From positions 62,001 to 116,769 of the forward strand of contig CAUYUJ010000212.1 in the NCBI GenBank assembly GCA_963575745.1: a DNA stretch of 54,769 bases. Direction: 5' to 3'. The position numbers and the translations under genes were made by a program. Under the pieces are notes generated by a model. The model worked only from the letters and a program-made list of their open reading frames with translations, was not told the DNA's origin and ran no database searches. The stretch comes from Prorocentrum cordatum (Eukaryota). This document shows, one piece after another, positions 12,076 to 24,302 of the stretch; position 1 is the stretch's first letter; each line of letters starts with the position of its first letter.

Positions 12076-12191
12076 AGGCCAGGCCGGGCCTGCCGCCGCG
12101 TCGAGGCGGCGCGAACCTGCCGCACTGCGGGCCCCCGGCCCCCGCGGTGCACTGCGGGCCCCCGGCCCCGCGCGGGCCAGGCCGCGCCGGC

Positions 12192-12266
12192 CTGCACGGG
12201 CCGCTCGGTCACCTGCGGCTGCGCCGCCGCGCCCCCGTTCTGCGGGCCGCGCCGCAGCATGGTCAC
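12192..12266 (-). CDS. Putative downstream exon of the host PDZ-like gene (VTMLRRGPQNGGAAAQPQVTERPVQ)
   Basis: 75 nt, phase 0/0, AG|G acceptor, AG|GC donor; VTMLRR fits the last PDZ beta-strand. A small intervening exon may have been missed. Confidence 0.45.
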
Positions 12267-12438
12267 CTCCGCAGCGGGGCGGCCGCGGGGCCGGCCGAGG
12301 GAGAACCGAACCTGCACAAGAATGTGTCCTGTGCGGTCTGCGGCTGGTTGGGTCCAACAGGCGGCCAAGCAAACGGAGGGCTGCATCCGTGGCGAACTGA
12401 GGCAGCACAATTACAACATCAACCACAGCAACCACAGC

Positions 12439-12495
<57 letters not shown>

Positions 12496-14722
12496 CATTT
12501 TACCCGAACGCTCAGTGTTCTCCCCAGTGCCAGGGTTTTCTTGCGACACCAGCCAATACCCCCACTTCGTGGGGGGGCCGTTCAAGCTCTACCAAATATC
12601 CAAACGACTCTTCGAGACCACCCACACCCAGCTTCCCGCCCTATGACGTTGGGACACTTCACTTCGTGGCGTGCGGACGACCCTGGCTACTACACTGGCG
12701 TGGGGTACACACCCACAGAGGTTGATCACATCTGTTACATATGATGTGGTACACGGTACACGTGAGATGGTACGCAGTGCCAAGATAGTTGGTCACATTT
12801 TTGGGGCAAATTCGTGGGGATGCGATTACAGAAGTACATGTGTTACACTGATGTTATACAGTCCCAAGGATGACGCATGCATTGCTCATAGACTCATGGC
12901 GCTATGATCCTAACTCTCAGTGCCCAACGCGCGTGTTTGGCAGGATTTCGACATGCGCGCGCGGCGGCCGCGCGCATGTGCACTTCGTCTCATTTTTTGC
13001 AAGGGATGGTGGCCCTCGCAGGCGCGCAACCGTTGTTGGAGAAGTTCAAAGCACCTGAAGAAGTTGCTCGCAAAAGCCCGTTTGACAAAATTGTTTAAAA
13101 AGTGTTGGTTTTCCTACGAATCCGCAAGAGCGCGCGGAAGGACATTTTGACAATTTTTTATTAAAAAAACCATTGGGTTTTTGATGTTTTTATGTTAAAA
13201 TGGTTACGAAACCTAAGGTTTTGGAAGGATTTCGTCTTGCGCGCACGAATGTCCACTTTACCTTATTTTTTGCAAGGGATTCTTGCAATTTGATCAAGTA
13301 AGAACAAGAATTTTCATTTTATAGTGTTTTTTGCAAGGGAAAACGGATTACAACAAAACAACCGGATCCGGTACCAATCCACTTTTCTGAAGCTTTCGCG
13401 AAAAAATGATGAAAATGTAGCTGCGGCCTAGGTTTTGGAGGGGGGTCGTGCACCAGGGGTCCCAACAATAATTATTCTTTAGAAGTAATAATGTTCAACA
13501 ACAACAACAACAACAATCACTTTACCCGAACGCTCAGTGTTCTCACCAGTGCCAGGGTTTTCATGCGACGCCAGCCAATACCCCCACTTTGTGGGGGGGC
13601 AGTGCAAGCTCTACCAAATATCCACACGACTCTTCGCCACCACCCACACCCAGCTTCCCGCCCTATGACGTTCGGACACTTCACTTCGTGGCCTGCGGAC
13701 GACCGTGGCTACTACACTGGCGTGGAGTACACACCCACAGAAGTTGTTAAGCCTACGTTCGTACACCCACAGAAGTTGTTAAGCCTTGTTAACCCACAGA
13801 AGTTGTTAAGCCTTCCACAGAACATCTGTTGCATATGATGCATATGGTACATGATACACATGATACACACGATACGTACTCACAAGATAGGGGGACGTTT
13901 TATTCTCGGCGGCCGAGGGCGCAACCTATGGCGCAACCGCAAGGGATTGTGGCCCCTGGCAGGCGCGCGAACCCCGTTGCAAGAGCGTGCGAAAGTAGCT
14001 CGCGCGAGCTCATGTAACATAAATGTTGGAAAACCATTGGTTTTTTTAGGATTCGGACAGCGCGCGCGGGTAGAAATTTTGAAAAGTCGTGCAGGTGTTT
14101 TTCGAGGACCTACGGTGCGATTCGTGTGATTTTATGATGCGCGGTGCTAAAATTCTTAAGAAGCCCAATGGTTTTTGGAGATTTCGGCGTGCGCGCGCGA
14201 AGAAAAAACGAATGTGTCCCGCATGGTATTATTTGACAGGGATGATGGCCCTGGCAGGTGCGCAACCGTTGTCGCAGAAGTTCGAAAAAGTTGCTCGCAA
14301 AAGCCCGTTTGACAGAAATGTTTAAAAAGTGTTGGGTTTCCTACGAATCCGCAAGAGCGCGCGGGATGAGATTTTGACATTTTTTTGTTGAAAAACCATT
14401 GGTTTTTTGATGTTTTTATGTTAAAATCGCTCCGAACACTAAGGTTTTGGAAGGATTTCGTCTTGCGCGCGCGAATGTCCACTTTACCTTATTTTTTGCA
14501 AGGGATTCTTGAAATTTGATTATATTAGAACAAGAAATGTCATTTTCTATTGTTTTTTGCAAGGGAAAGCGGATTACAACAAAACAACCGGATCCTGTAC
14601 ACACCCTCTTTTCTGAGGCTTCCTCACGAAAATGATGAAAATGTAGCTGCGGCCTAGGCGGCGCAGGGGGGGCGCGCACCAGGGGGCCCAACAATAATTA
14701 TTCTTTAGAATAAATAATGTTC

Positions 14723-14760
<38 letters not shown>

Positions 14761-15219
14761 CGACAACAACGACGACGACGACGACGACGAAGACGACGAG
14801 AACACCAACAACCATCATTTTAAGACTGTTCGCCCCTATCTGCTCGAGTGTCCAATAACGCCTATTTCCCAAACCCTCGATACCCGCCCTCTTCGTCTTC
14901 GATCGAACCCCTTTTGGGGGGTATACCTTTCTTCCCTGCAGACCGGGCCCCGGCAAGCGGCGGGGCGGCCGCGGACCGTCGGCCTGGCCAGCGGCAGCGC
15001 TGATCGGCGGGGCGGCCGCGGACCTTCGACCCGACCCCAACAGGGACGGACAGGGTACCGACCGCGACGACGACGACGACGACGACGACGGCGACGGCGA
15101 CGACGACGACGACGGCGACCACGACGACGAGCGAAAGCGAGAGCGAAAGAGAACGACAGCAGGGCCACAAGAACACGAAGTAGGCCACGAAGGGCAACAG
15201 CAGGGACACGAAGGGAATG

Positions 15220-15730
15220 CGTATGGGGCCACGAAGGGCGCGAACGAGCGGGGGCCACGAAGGGCAGATAATGCGGGGCCACAGAAGGCAACGATGGGGC
15301 CACTGAGGGTAGCAACTGGGCCACGTAGGACAGATGCATATGGAGCCACCACGGGCGCGAACGAGCGGGGGCCAGAAAGGGCATACATATATGGGGCCAC
15401 GAAGGGCAGCGAAGGGGGCCACGAAGGGCTGCAACGGGGCCGCGAAGGGCATGCATATGGGGCCACGAAGGGCTGCAACGGGACCACGAAGGGCTGCGAC
15501 GGGGCCACGAAGGGTAGCGAGGGGGCCACGAAGGGCTGCAACGGGGCCACGAAACAAAGCGAGGGGGCCACGAAGGACTGCAACGGGGCCACGAAGGGCA
15601 GCGAGGAGGCCACGAGGGGCTGCAACGGGGCCACAAAAGGCAGCGAGGGGGCCACGAAGGGCTGCAACGGGGACACGAATAAAAGCGAGGGGGCCACGAA
15701 GGGCTGCAACGGGGCCACGAAGGGCAGCGA
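15220..15730. repeat. 21-bp minisatellite (GGGGCCACGAAGGGCTGCAAC / ...GGCAGCGAG)
   Basis: About 20 visible units. Confidence 0.92.
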
Positions 15731-16485
15731 GATCCCGATTCCTATGTAATATGTGAGGGAGTCCTATGCGTGAGCGCGACTCCTGGGTGCCTGGTTGTCC
15801 AGAGCGCGGCGCTTGAGTAAATTGCAGGAAATTCCAACGCAAGGGCGCTATTCTTCAGTAAATTGCAAGCAAGTCTCCAACTAGAGCGCGACTCCAGAGC
15901 GCCGGGAGAATAAATTCTAAGGAAGTCCCAAGCGAGAGCAAAATTCCTGAATAAAACGCAAGGAGGTCTCTGGCGGGAGCGGGGGTCCTGGCTAAATTGT
16001 GAAGAAGTCTCAGGCGGGAGCCGTTGTTGTTGTAAACCGGGGGCCAACGACACATTTTGACCCTCAAGACTTTCCCTGATAAAAAACAAGGTGCGATCCC
16101 CGGGAAGGGCACTCCAATCGAAAAAAACAATGTGCACCGGACGGGGGGGGATCAACAATAATTATTCTTCAAAGCTGCGACAACGACAACAACAATCACT
16201 TTCAGACTGTTCGCTCTTATCTGCTCGAGTGTCCGTTAACGCGTATTTCTGAATAAAATGCGAAGAAGTCTCGGGCGGGAGCGGGGGTCCTGGCTAAATT
16301 GCAAGGAAGTCTCAGGCGGGAGCCGTTGTTGTTGTAACCCGGGGGCCAGGGGCCCAGTTTGAGCAGGAAGACTTCCCCTGTCAAAAAACAGGGTGCGAGC
16401 GTCGAGGGGCACACTATGATTGAGAAAAAACAGTATGCACCGGTGGGAGGGATCAACAATAATTATTCTTCAGAAATGAGAATTC

Positions 16486-16572
<87 letters not shown>

Positions 16573-17299
16573 TACAACTATAACTACAACAACAATCATT
16601 TTAAGACAGGTCGTTCTTATATGCTCGCGTTCCACTTTACACGTACATCCCAAACCCTCGATACCTGCCCTCGTCGTCTTCGACCGCAGCCCCTTCGGGA
16701 TTTACCTTTCTTACCTGCAACATGAATTTCGCGCAGCCCCTGAAGCAGGGGAAGAGAGGACGGATGGAAGGAAGGGACAAGGGGGAGGGAGGAGGATAGA
16801 GGACGAGAGTGACTGGGAGGGGAGCTAGGAGCAGAAAACACGTGGCAGAACCAGACGGGCAGATCGGGCGGGTACACCCTACCAGGTGGGTCGGGAAGGA
16901 GGGCCCAGGCGGCCAGTTCGACCAGGCGGGTTGCTGAAGCGTGCGTCCTGCATGAATCGCGTGGAGGTTTCGAGCGACAGCTCGATTCCCAAATCAATCG
17001 TGAGGAAATCCACAGCGAGAGCATGACTACTGATGTCGAGGGCGCGGCGTCTGAACAAATTGCAAAGAAGTACCACGCGAGAACGCGATTCCTGAATAAA
17101 TCGTAAGGAAGTCCCGCGCGAGAGCGCGATTTGGGTATAAATTGTGAGGAACTATCAGGCGGAAGCCGTTGTTGAAGTTCGGGGGCCAGGGCCGCAATTT
17201 GAAGAGGAAGACTTTAAGTAAGAGGGTGAAGGGCATTTCAATTGAAAAATTGACCCAACCATATGCAGTTGTGGGTACCGCAATTGTGAATACCTTCTT

Positions 17300-18440
17300 C
17301 GGTGAAGCTCCCGATGGGGCCACAAAGCTGCACTGGGTGGGGGGGAACGCATGCGGGCGGTAGCACTGGAGCCGTCGGTGGAGCTCCCCATGGGGCCACA
17401 AAGCGCTTTACTGGGTGAGTGAAAATGCCATAATTGGTGTGTGTGGGACGCATACAGGCGGTCCCACTGAGGGTTTCGGTGAAGCTCCATGGGGCCACGA
17501 AGCGCTGCACTGGGTGGGAGGGAACGCATGCGGGCGGTAGCACTAGGGCCGTCGGTGGAGCTCCCTATGGGGCCACCAAGCGCTGTACTGGGTGAGCGAA
17601 AATGCCAAATTGGGTGTGTGGGACGCATGCGGGCGCTCCCACTCGGGGCGTCGGTGGAGCTCCTCATGGGGCCACGAAACGCTGTACTGGGCAAGGGAAA
17701 ATGCAAAATTGGGTGTGTGGGACGCACGCGGGCGGTCGCACTGGGGGCTTCGGTGGAGCTCCTCATGGGGCCACGAAACGCTATACAAGTCAAAATGCCA
17801 AATTGGGTGTGTGGGACGCATGCGGCCGGTCCACTGCGGGCTTCGGTGGAGCGCCCTATGGGGCCACGAAACGCTGTACTGGGTGTGTGAATATGCAAGA
17901 TTGAATGAAAATGCAAAATCGCGTTTTCGGAACGCAGGCGGACGGTGGCATTGCGGGCTTCGGTGGAGCTCCCTATTGGGCCACGAAACGCTGTACTGGG
18001 TGGGTGGAAATGCCAAATTGGGTGTTCCGGGACGCATGCGGACTGTGGCACTGGGGGCTTCGGTGGAGCTCCCTATGGGGCCACGAAACACTGTACTCGG
18101 TGAGCAAAAATGCCAAATTGTGTGTTCCGGGACGCATGCGGACGGTCCCATTGGGGCCGTCGGTGGGGCTCCCTATGGGGCCATGAAACGCTGTACTGGA
18201 CGTGCGGGACGCATGCGGACAGTAGCACTGGGACCTTCGCTGGGGCTCCCTATGGGGCCACGAAACGCTGTACTGGGTGTGCGGAACGCATGCGGACGGT
18301 AGCACTGGGACCTTCGCTGGGGCTCCCTTTGGGGCCACGAAACGCTGTACTGGGTGTGCGGGACGCATGCGGACGGTAGCATTGGGACCTTCGGTGGGGC
18401 TCCCGATGGGGCCACGAAGCGTGTGAGGGGTGTGCTGAAA
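17300..18440. repeat. ~70-90-bp minisatellite (..GGTGGAGCTCCCTATGGGGCCACGAAACGCTGTACTGGGTG..GGACGCATGCGG)
   Basis: About 13 diverged units. Confidence 0.92.
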
Positions 18441-18445
18441 CGGGT

Positions 18446-18447
18446 GG

Positions 18448-18495
<48 letters not shown>

Positions 18496-18612
18496 CGACG
18501 ATGACGATGATGGTGATGATGATGATGATGGTGATGGAGGAGGGAGGAGGGGGAGGGGGAGGAGGAGGAGGAGGAGGCAGGAGGAGGAGGAGGAGGGAGA
18601 GAGGAGGAGGAG
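18446..18612. repeat. (GAT)n(GGA)n microsatellite
   Basis: Directly visible. Confidence 0.95.
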
Positions 18613-18639
18613 AAGAACGCGGGACCATATATCAAAAAG

Positions 18640-19555
18640 AGCGTGTTTCTACCGCTGCTGGCGGGAAAAACCGGGGGGGGTCACTACCGGTTCGAACCCC
18701 TCCCCCCCCCCCTGGAAAACCGGGGGGGTCACTACCGGTTCGAACCCCTCCCCCCCCCCCCAGTTCATCATGAAAAGGGGGGGGGGTCACTACCGGTTCG
18801 AACCCCTCCCCCCCCCCCCCTCGAACTCGAAAACCGGGGGGGGGTCGGTCACTACGGGTTCGAACCCCCCCCCCCCTCGAAAACCGATGGGTGGTGCGGA
18901 TAGTGGTGGGGACGGTGGTGGTGGGGACAGTGGTGAGGAGACAACGGGACAGTGGTGGGGACAGTGGGACAGTGGTGGGGACGGTAGTGGTGGGGACAAT
19001 GGTGAGGACAATGGTGGAAAAAGTGGGGACAGTGGGACAGTGGAGGGGACGGTGGTGGTGGGGACAGTGGTGTGGGGACAGTGGGAATGTGGTGGAAACA
19101 GTGGGACAGTGGAGGGTACAGTGGTGGTGGGGACAGTGGTGAAGGCGGTGGCGAGGACGGCGGTGGGAAAATGGGACAGAGGTATAGTGGGGACAGTGGT
19201 GGGGACAGTGGGGACAGTGGTGGGAACAGTGGGACAGCTCAGTGGGACAGCGGAGGAGTCAGTGGGACAGTGGGGACAGTGGGGATAGTCGTGGAGAAAG
19301 TTGGGAGAGTGGAACCGTGGTGGGAACAGTGGTGGGGACAGTGGGGGACAGTGCGACAGTGGTGGTGGCACTGGTGTGGACAGTAGGGGCGGTGGTGGAA
19401 CCAGTGGGGACAGTGGTGGTGAGGACAGTGGCGCTGGGAACAACAGTGGGGGATGTGGTGAGGACGGTGGTAGGGACCGGGAGTCGTTTGCTGGAGGTGA
19501 GAGGGGAGGTGGGGAGGGGTTCGAACCGGTACCCCCCCCCCTCCGGTTTTCGAGG
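18640..19555 (+). mobile_element. MITE-like element, copy 1 (runs into the assembly gap)
   Basis: Reverse-complement match to 33590-34445: AGCGTGTT(T)CTACCGCTGCTGGCGG end, TCACTACCGGTTCGAACC sub-repeats and GGGACAGTGGTG core. Confidence 0.8.
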
Positions 19556-19655
19556 NNNNNNNNNNNNNNNNNNNNNNNNNNNNNNNNNNNNNNNNNNNNN
19601 NNNNNNNNNNNNNNNNNNNNNNNNNNNNNNNNNNNNNNNNNNNNNNNNNNNNNNN
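19556..19655. other. Assembly gap (100 N)
   Basis: N run; true length unknown. Confidence 0.99.
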
Positions 19656-21345
19656 TTCTTCTTATTAGTATTATTCTTCTTCTTATTCTTATTATTCTTC
19701 TTATTCTTCTTCTTCTTCTTCTTCTTCTTCTTCGTCTTCTTCTTCTTCTTAGTATTATTATTCTTCTTCTTATTATTATTATTATTATTCTTCTTCTTAT
19801 TATTCTTCTTATTCTTCTTCTTATTCTTATTCTTCTTCTTCTTATTCTTATTATTATTCTTCGTCTTATTATTATTATTATTCGTCTTCTTCTTCTTATT
19901 ATTCTTCTTCTTATTCTTATTATTATGCTTCTTCTTCTTATTATTATTCTTCTTCTTCTTATTCTTCTTCTTATTCGTCTTCTTCTTATTCTTATTATTA
20001 TTATTCTTCTTCTTATTATTCTTCTTATTCTTCTTATTAGTCTTCTTCTTCTTCTTCTTCTTCTTATTATTCTTCTTTTTCTTCTTCTTCGTCTTCTTCT
20101 TCTTCTTATTCTTCTTCTTATTATTATTCTTCTTCTTCTTCTTCTTCTTCTTCGTCTTCTTTTTCTTCTTCTTCTTATTCTTCTTATTCGTCTTCTTATT
20201 ATTCTTCTTCTTATTCTTCTTATTCTTCTTCTTCTTCTTCTTCTTCTTATTATTATTCTTCTTATTTTTCTTCTTCTTCTTCTTATTCTTCTTATTCTTC
20301 TTCTTTTTCTTCTTCTTCTTCTTCTTCTTCTTCTTCTTCTTCTTCTTCTTCTTCTTCTTCTTCTTCTTCTTCTTCTTCTTCTTCTTCTTTTTCTTCTTCT
20401 TCTTCTTATTCTTCTTCTTCTTTCTTCTTCTTCTTCTCTTCTTTTCTTCTTTTCTCTCCTCCTCCTCCTCCTCCTCCTCTCCTCCTCCTCCTCTCCTCCT
20501 CCCTCCTCCTCCTCCTCCTCCTCCTCTCTCCTCCTCCTCCTCATCCTCCTCCTCCTCTCCTCCTCCTCCTCCTTCCTCTCCTCCTTCCTCATCCTCCTCC
20601 TCCTCCTCCTCCTCCTCCTCCTCCTCCTCCTCTCTCCTCCTCCTCCTCCTCTCCTCCTCTCCTCCTCATCCTCCTCCTCTCCTCCTCCTCCTCCTCCTCC
20701 TCCGCCTCTCCTCCTCCTCCTCTCCTCCTCCTCATCCTCCTCCTCCTCCTCATCCTCCTCCTCCTCCTCCTCCTCCTCTCCTCCTTCACCCTCCTCCTCC
20801 TCCTCCTCCTCTCCTTCCCTCCTCTTCCTCCTCTCCTCCTCCTCCTCTCCTTCGCTCCTGTCCTCCTCTACTCCTCCTCCTTCCTCCTCCTCCTCTCCTC
20901 CTCCTCCTCCTCCTCCTCCTCCTCTCCTCCTCCTCCTCCTCCTCCTCCTCCTCCTCCTCCTCCTCCTCCTCTCCTCTCCTCCTCCTCCTCTCCTCTCTCC
21001 TCCTCCTCCTCATCTCCTCCTCTCCTCCTCCTCCTCCTCCTCTCCTCCTCCTCCTCCTCCTCCCCTCCTCCTCCTCTCCTCTCCTCCTCCTCCTCCTCCT
21101 CCCTCCTCCTCCTCCTCCTCCTTCCTCCTTCCTCCTCCTCCTCCTCCTCTCCCCCTCCCTCCCTCCCCCCCCTCCCCTGCCCTCCCTCCCTCCCTCCCTC
21201 CCCGCTCCCCTCCCCCTCCCCCCTCCCCCCCCCTCTCCTCCCTCCCTTACCTCATCCCTCCCTCCCTCCCTCCCCCCCCTCCCTCCTCCCTCCCCTCCTC
21301 CTCCTCCTCCCCCTCCCCCTCTCCTCCTCCCTCCTCCCTCCCCCC
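19656..21345. repeat. (TTC/TTA)n followed by (CCT)n polypyrimidine tract, ~1.7 kb
   Basis: Directly visible. Confidence 0.97.
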
Positions 21346-21396
21346 GCAAATCCGCCTGGCCCTCCAGCCCCGTGCCCTTCGGGAGGCGGTGCGGTC

Positions 21397-21471
21397 CTCC
21401 ATCATTTGGCACGTGTCGCCCATGGTGTCGTTCACGCGGATGATGATATCGCCAGGGCCGACTCTCTGCGC
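21397..21471 (-). CDS. Exon of a host PDZ-like domain gene (AQRVGPGDIIIRVNDTMGDTCQMME)
   Basis: 75 nt, CAG|G acceptor, AG|GA donor; GDxIxxVN is the PDZ hallmark; in phase with exon 41139-41206. Confidence 0.75.
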
Positions 21472-21636
21472 CTGGCGGAAATCACCCCCCCCCTGTCTGA
21501 GAGCGAGACGCGCGTCAGCCGTCGCAGCGGAAAAGCGTCCCGCAACGATTGTTCCGATGCTGTGGAATTTGTACGCAAGCGAGCTCAAGTTTCCAAAGAC
21601 AAGCAAATCGACGTTCCCGCGTGCAGATCGTACTCG

Positions 21637-21681
<45 letters not shown>

Positions 21682-21685
<4 letters not shown>

Positions 21686-21824
21686 GCGGCAGGAGAGGGG
21701 ACAGAATGTTTTCCCTTGAGCCACATGTGGCACGGACACGTACAAGATGGATCTCTGTCCATCGGTCCCCAGAGTGAAACACCAAAAGCTAAACCTACAC
21801 GTGAGATTATGGACCCCTGGAACA
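21682..21824 (-). repeat. 3' LTR (143 bp)
   Basis: Direct repeat of 31687-31829 with 2 substitutions. Confidence 0.97.
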
Positions 21825-21977
21825 TGGGTCCAACTTTCTCTAGGTTTAGCTGTCCCAAAACTCAATTCACCGGTCCGTGGCCACTGCCTGGCAGTGTCAA
21901 AACGACCTGCAAATGTTAAACGTGCGCAGCAGCAGAAAGATAGAGAGAGAGAGAGAGAGGCAGAACTAGAGAGCAGA

Positions 21978-24302
21978 CTATTGGAAAACAGATTCGGAGG
22001 ATGATAAAGGCGGAGGGAGAGAGGAGGAGGACGGGAGGACACTACCACCAGCAACCAGGCCAGGAGGAGCCCTCTGGTCCAGGTAGTCGAGCCATGCTAT
22101 CCAGGCGGGCTCTGACAGCATTCTTCTGGAGGCCGCCTGAGAGCGGTCTTTGCGCTCGGGCATGTCCTTCCGGCGGCCGACCTCTCGGGCCTCGCCCACC
22201 AGACTGAGCTTGCCGTTGGTCATCAAATCAAACAACGCGGCATTACACTTAGTCACGTCGTCCTTGGTCAAAGCGTCCACAGGCATACGGCCATGGGGTA
22301 TCCACCGTATCTTACCTCTGGCTCGTTCCAAGGACTCGCAAATGATGGCGAGGTCTAGAGCAGTACGCCTATCACGGGCCGAAGCGTTGCCTTCCTTCTG
22401 GAAGGTATCATAGATTGACTTGGCGTCCACCACGTGGACCTGTTGTTCCTGGGAACCCAAGCTACAATCGCGTCTTAAGACCGTAGTGAAGGGCCCTGAG
22501 GCCCGCACACAATCAGGCAGATCAACGTCCCTGAACACAACATCACGGTACAACACTTGAAGAAACTCGACTTCCGCCACGGCGGCCGAGAGAGCTTGAG
22601 TCTCCCCGGCTAGCGTCGAAGGCACCTTACGCCGTAGCTTACTGCTACGCCAACCGAGCACGGACGCTCTTACCACCTGATTATCGAGAACAGACTTGTC
22701 GGCAGCCAACACCATCCAGGCTCCCTGGGTGGGGTCGGCTGGGAGGCCATTGTCATCCTGGAGAGACTCTACCGAACCAACACCGCCGGCATCGGAAAAC
22801 GATATGAAAGACATACGCTCAGGGTCTAGCTGCCAGATCGTCAATCCTCGAGAGGCTGTTGCCCTCAGGTGCTTCACCAACTTGTTGGCACAAGACACGT
22901 CCGACACTGTCGGAGCCCGCAAACGACTGGCCAAAATACTTGCTACTCCGGCCGCTTCTGGCCGTGACTCTCGGCCGACCCAATTAAACTTGTAGACCAG
23001 AGAACGCAAAGCTTTGAACTCGGACGGCTCGAGAGGGGAATTCTTGACAGACAAGCGGCCCCGGGCCAGGGTCAGAAGACGGATTTCTTCCAGGATGTAC
23101 TTTTCCTGGTCGACAACGGCCTTACCGGGAAAAAAGGAAACACGCCTACCCGCAAAATCCACTGAGCCGGCATGACAGTCTCGATACTTCCCGAAACGGA
23201 AGCGGTCCTCTAGGATACCGCGAATCCACGCTCGGGCATCCGCATCCGCACTCCCGATAAAGAAATCGTCGACTTCCAGCAACATCATGTTCTGGATGGC
23301 CCCATCTGCTCGATACTTCAGCCACCAGCAGGGCTCCAGCAAACTTCTTTCGAACCCATGCTTTTCCAGATGGCCAACCACGGTGCGACGCCACGCTACT
23401 GGAGCATCGTCCAGCCCGTAAACGCTCACCAGCAATAGGATAAGGGATCCAGGCTCAACGTCGATACCCTCGCAAGGTTCAACATATATTTGGCCCTGGG
23501 ACCGCGTCATCGGATCTGACTGGGTGAAAGCGTTCTTGACATCCGCGATGTCTCCGAGCATCCTGAAATTGACCAGTACCTGAATGAACATCATAATAGA
23601 CGAGGTCTGGGGGGTGGGCGCATATACGGCGAGGGAGCCAGAGTCGGGATCCTTATGACCGTGCACGCACCACCTGGACTTCGCTTCGGGTTCCACGAAA
23701 GCCCCCTCAACTGGCTTCCATCGGCGCACCATTCGGCTGGATATGATCCTGCCCGGACAACGTTGCCGGATCTTCGCCGCCTGATTCGGAGGGATGACTC
23801 GGACACCCCCGGATTGCAGCATGGCTTTCCATTCTTTGTTGTCTGAAGCCTGAAACTTCTGACGCTCCTGAGGGGTGAGCCTCTTGAGGGTCACTTCTCC
23901 CCCGCGGCTAGCCGCAAAGGTGCCCCCGTCCTGAATGCTGTCGCCCACGGCCCCGGCAAACCCTTCGACGTTCCCAGGGACGACGGAGAGCCCGTCAATC
24001 GGCCCCGGGACCACGAAAAACTCGCTGGTGGCCTCTGCCTCGACTGTTCCCTCGGCTCCTCTGTTGCGATTTGGCGACCGTGACCTGGCTCGGGCTTCGA
24101 TGGCCTGAACACGCTCCTGGACAGACTGCTTCGGCTCGTCGCCGGCCCTGACAGGCCCCCGAGTCTCCGGCCCAGGTCCAGGGCCCCCAACACCGGAGGA
24201 GGAGGAGGCAATTCCACCGACGGGGTAAGGAGGGTAGGGGCCCGAGGAGGGTTCGGTCCTGGCTCTCTTTATCTCAGGAGGGGCGCTCCCGGCCCTCGCA
24301 GC
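21978..24302 (-). CDS. pol: pol C-terminus: reverse transcriptase plus RNase H (in frame with the upstream polyprotein after a single TGA)
   Basis: KSRWCVHGHKDPD, ADVKNAFTQ, YGLDDAPVAW, LEVDDF, FSDAG, AGETQA, VDAKS, VDALTK. I translated 24302-24012 and found no further stop. Confidence 0.93.
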   Translation of the reverse strand, partial: AARAGSAPPEIKRARTEPSSGPYPPYPVGGIASSSSGVGGPGPGPETRGPVRAGDEPKQSVQERVQAIEARARSRSPNRNRGAEGTVEAEATSEFFVVPGPIDGLSVVPGNVEGFAGAVGDSIQDGGTFAASRGGEVTLKRLTPQERQKFQASDNKEWKAMLQSGGVRVIPPNQAAKIRQRCPGRIISSRMVRRWKPVEGAFVEPEAKSRWCVHGHKDPDSGSLAVYAPTPQTSSIMMFIQVLVNFRMLGDIADVKNAFTQSDPMTRSQGQIYVEPCEGIDVEPGSLILLLVSVYGLDDAPVAWRRTVVGHLEKHGFERSLLEPCWWLKYRADGAIQNMMLLEVDDFFIGSADADARAWIRGILEDRFRFGKYRDCHAGSVDFAGRRVSFFPGKAVVDQEKYILEEIRLLTLARGRLSVKNSPLEPSEFKALRSLVYKFNWVGRESRPEAAGVASILASRLRAPTVSDVSCANKLVKHLRATASRGLTIWQLDPERMSFISFSDAGGVGSVESLQDDNGLPADPTQGAWMVLAADKSVLDNQVVRASVLGWRSSKLRRKVPSTLAGETQALSAAVAEVEFLQVLYRDVVFRDVDLPDCVRASGPFTTVLRRDCSLGSQEQQVHVVDAKSIYDTFQKEGNASARDRRTALDLAIICESLERARGKIRWIPHGRMPVDALTKDDVTKCNAALFDLMTNGKLSLVGEAREVGRRKDMPERKDRSQAASRRMLSEPAWIAWLDYLDQRAPPGLVAGGSVLPSSSSLPPPLSSSESVFQ

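Larger units (their letters stand above)
12421..18445 (+). mobile_element. Head-to-tail cluster of five related non-coding elements separated by (AAC)n/(GAC)n tracts
   Basis: Units start ATCAYTTT at ~12493, 13515, 14813, 16194 and 16594; four end GCACCRG..CAACAATAATTATTCTT at 13463, 14689, 16153 and 16454; 12493-12720 matches 13515-13740 and 12990-13495 matches 14235-14720. Confidence 0.7.

Noticed and set aside
12421..16600. CRISPR-like repeat-spacer array
   Set aside because: Intervening units are 0.3-1.4 kb and homologous to each other, no cas genes are present, and the context is eukaryotic.
16880..16990. Missing PDZ exon candidate (..THASATRLVEL)
   Set aside because: Splice phase does not fit the flanking phase-0 exons; not supportable without transcripts.
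14705..18635. Repetitive ORFs (FVAP, GATKG, STAFRGP)
   Set aside because: Stop-free translations of minisatellites in several frames at once.
18680..18870. tRNA genes or tRNA-derived SINE suggested by GGTTCGAACC
   Set aside because: No A-box or cloverleaf; the motifs are tandem sub-repeats between homopolymers.
21825..21835. TGGGTCC as a second PBS on the plus strand
   Set aside because: All coding domains and a good PBS are on the minus strand; no recognisable tRNA end matches.
18790..21919. 600-870-aa ORFs
   Set aside because: They span the N gap and (TTC)n/(CCT)n tracts; only the 75-nt exon is credible.
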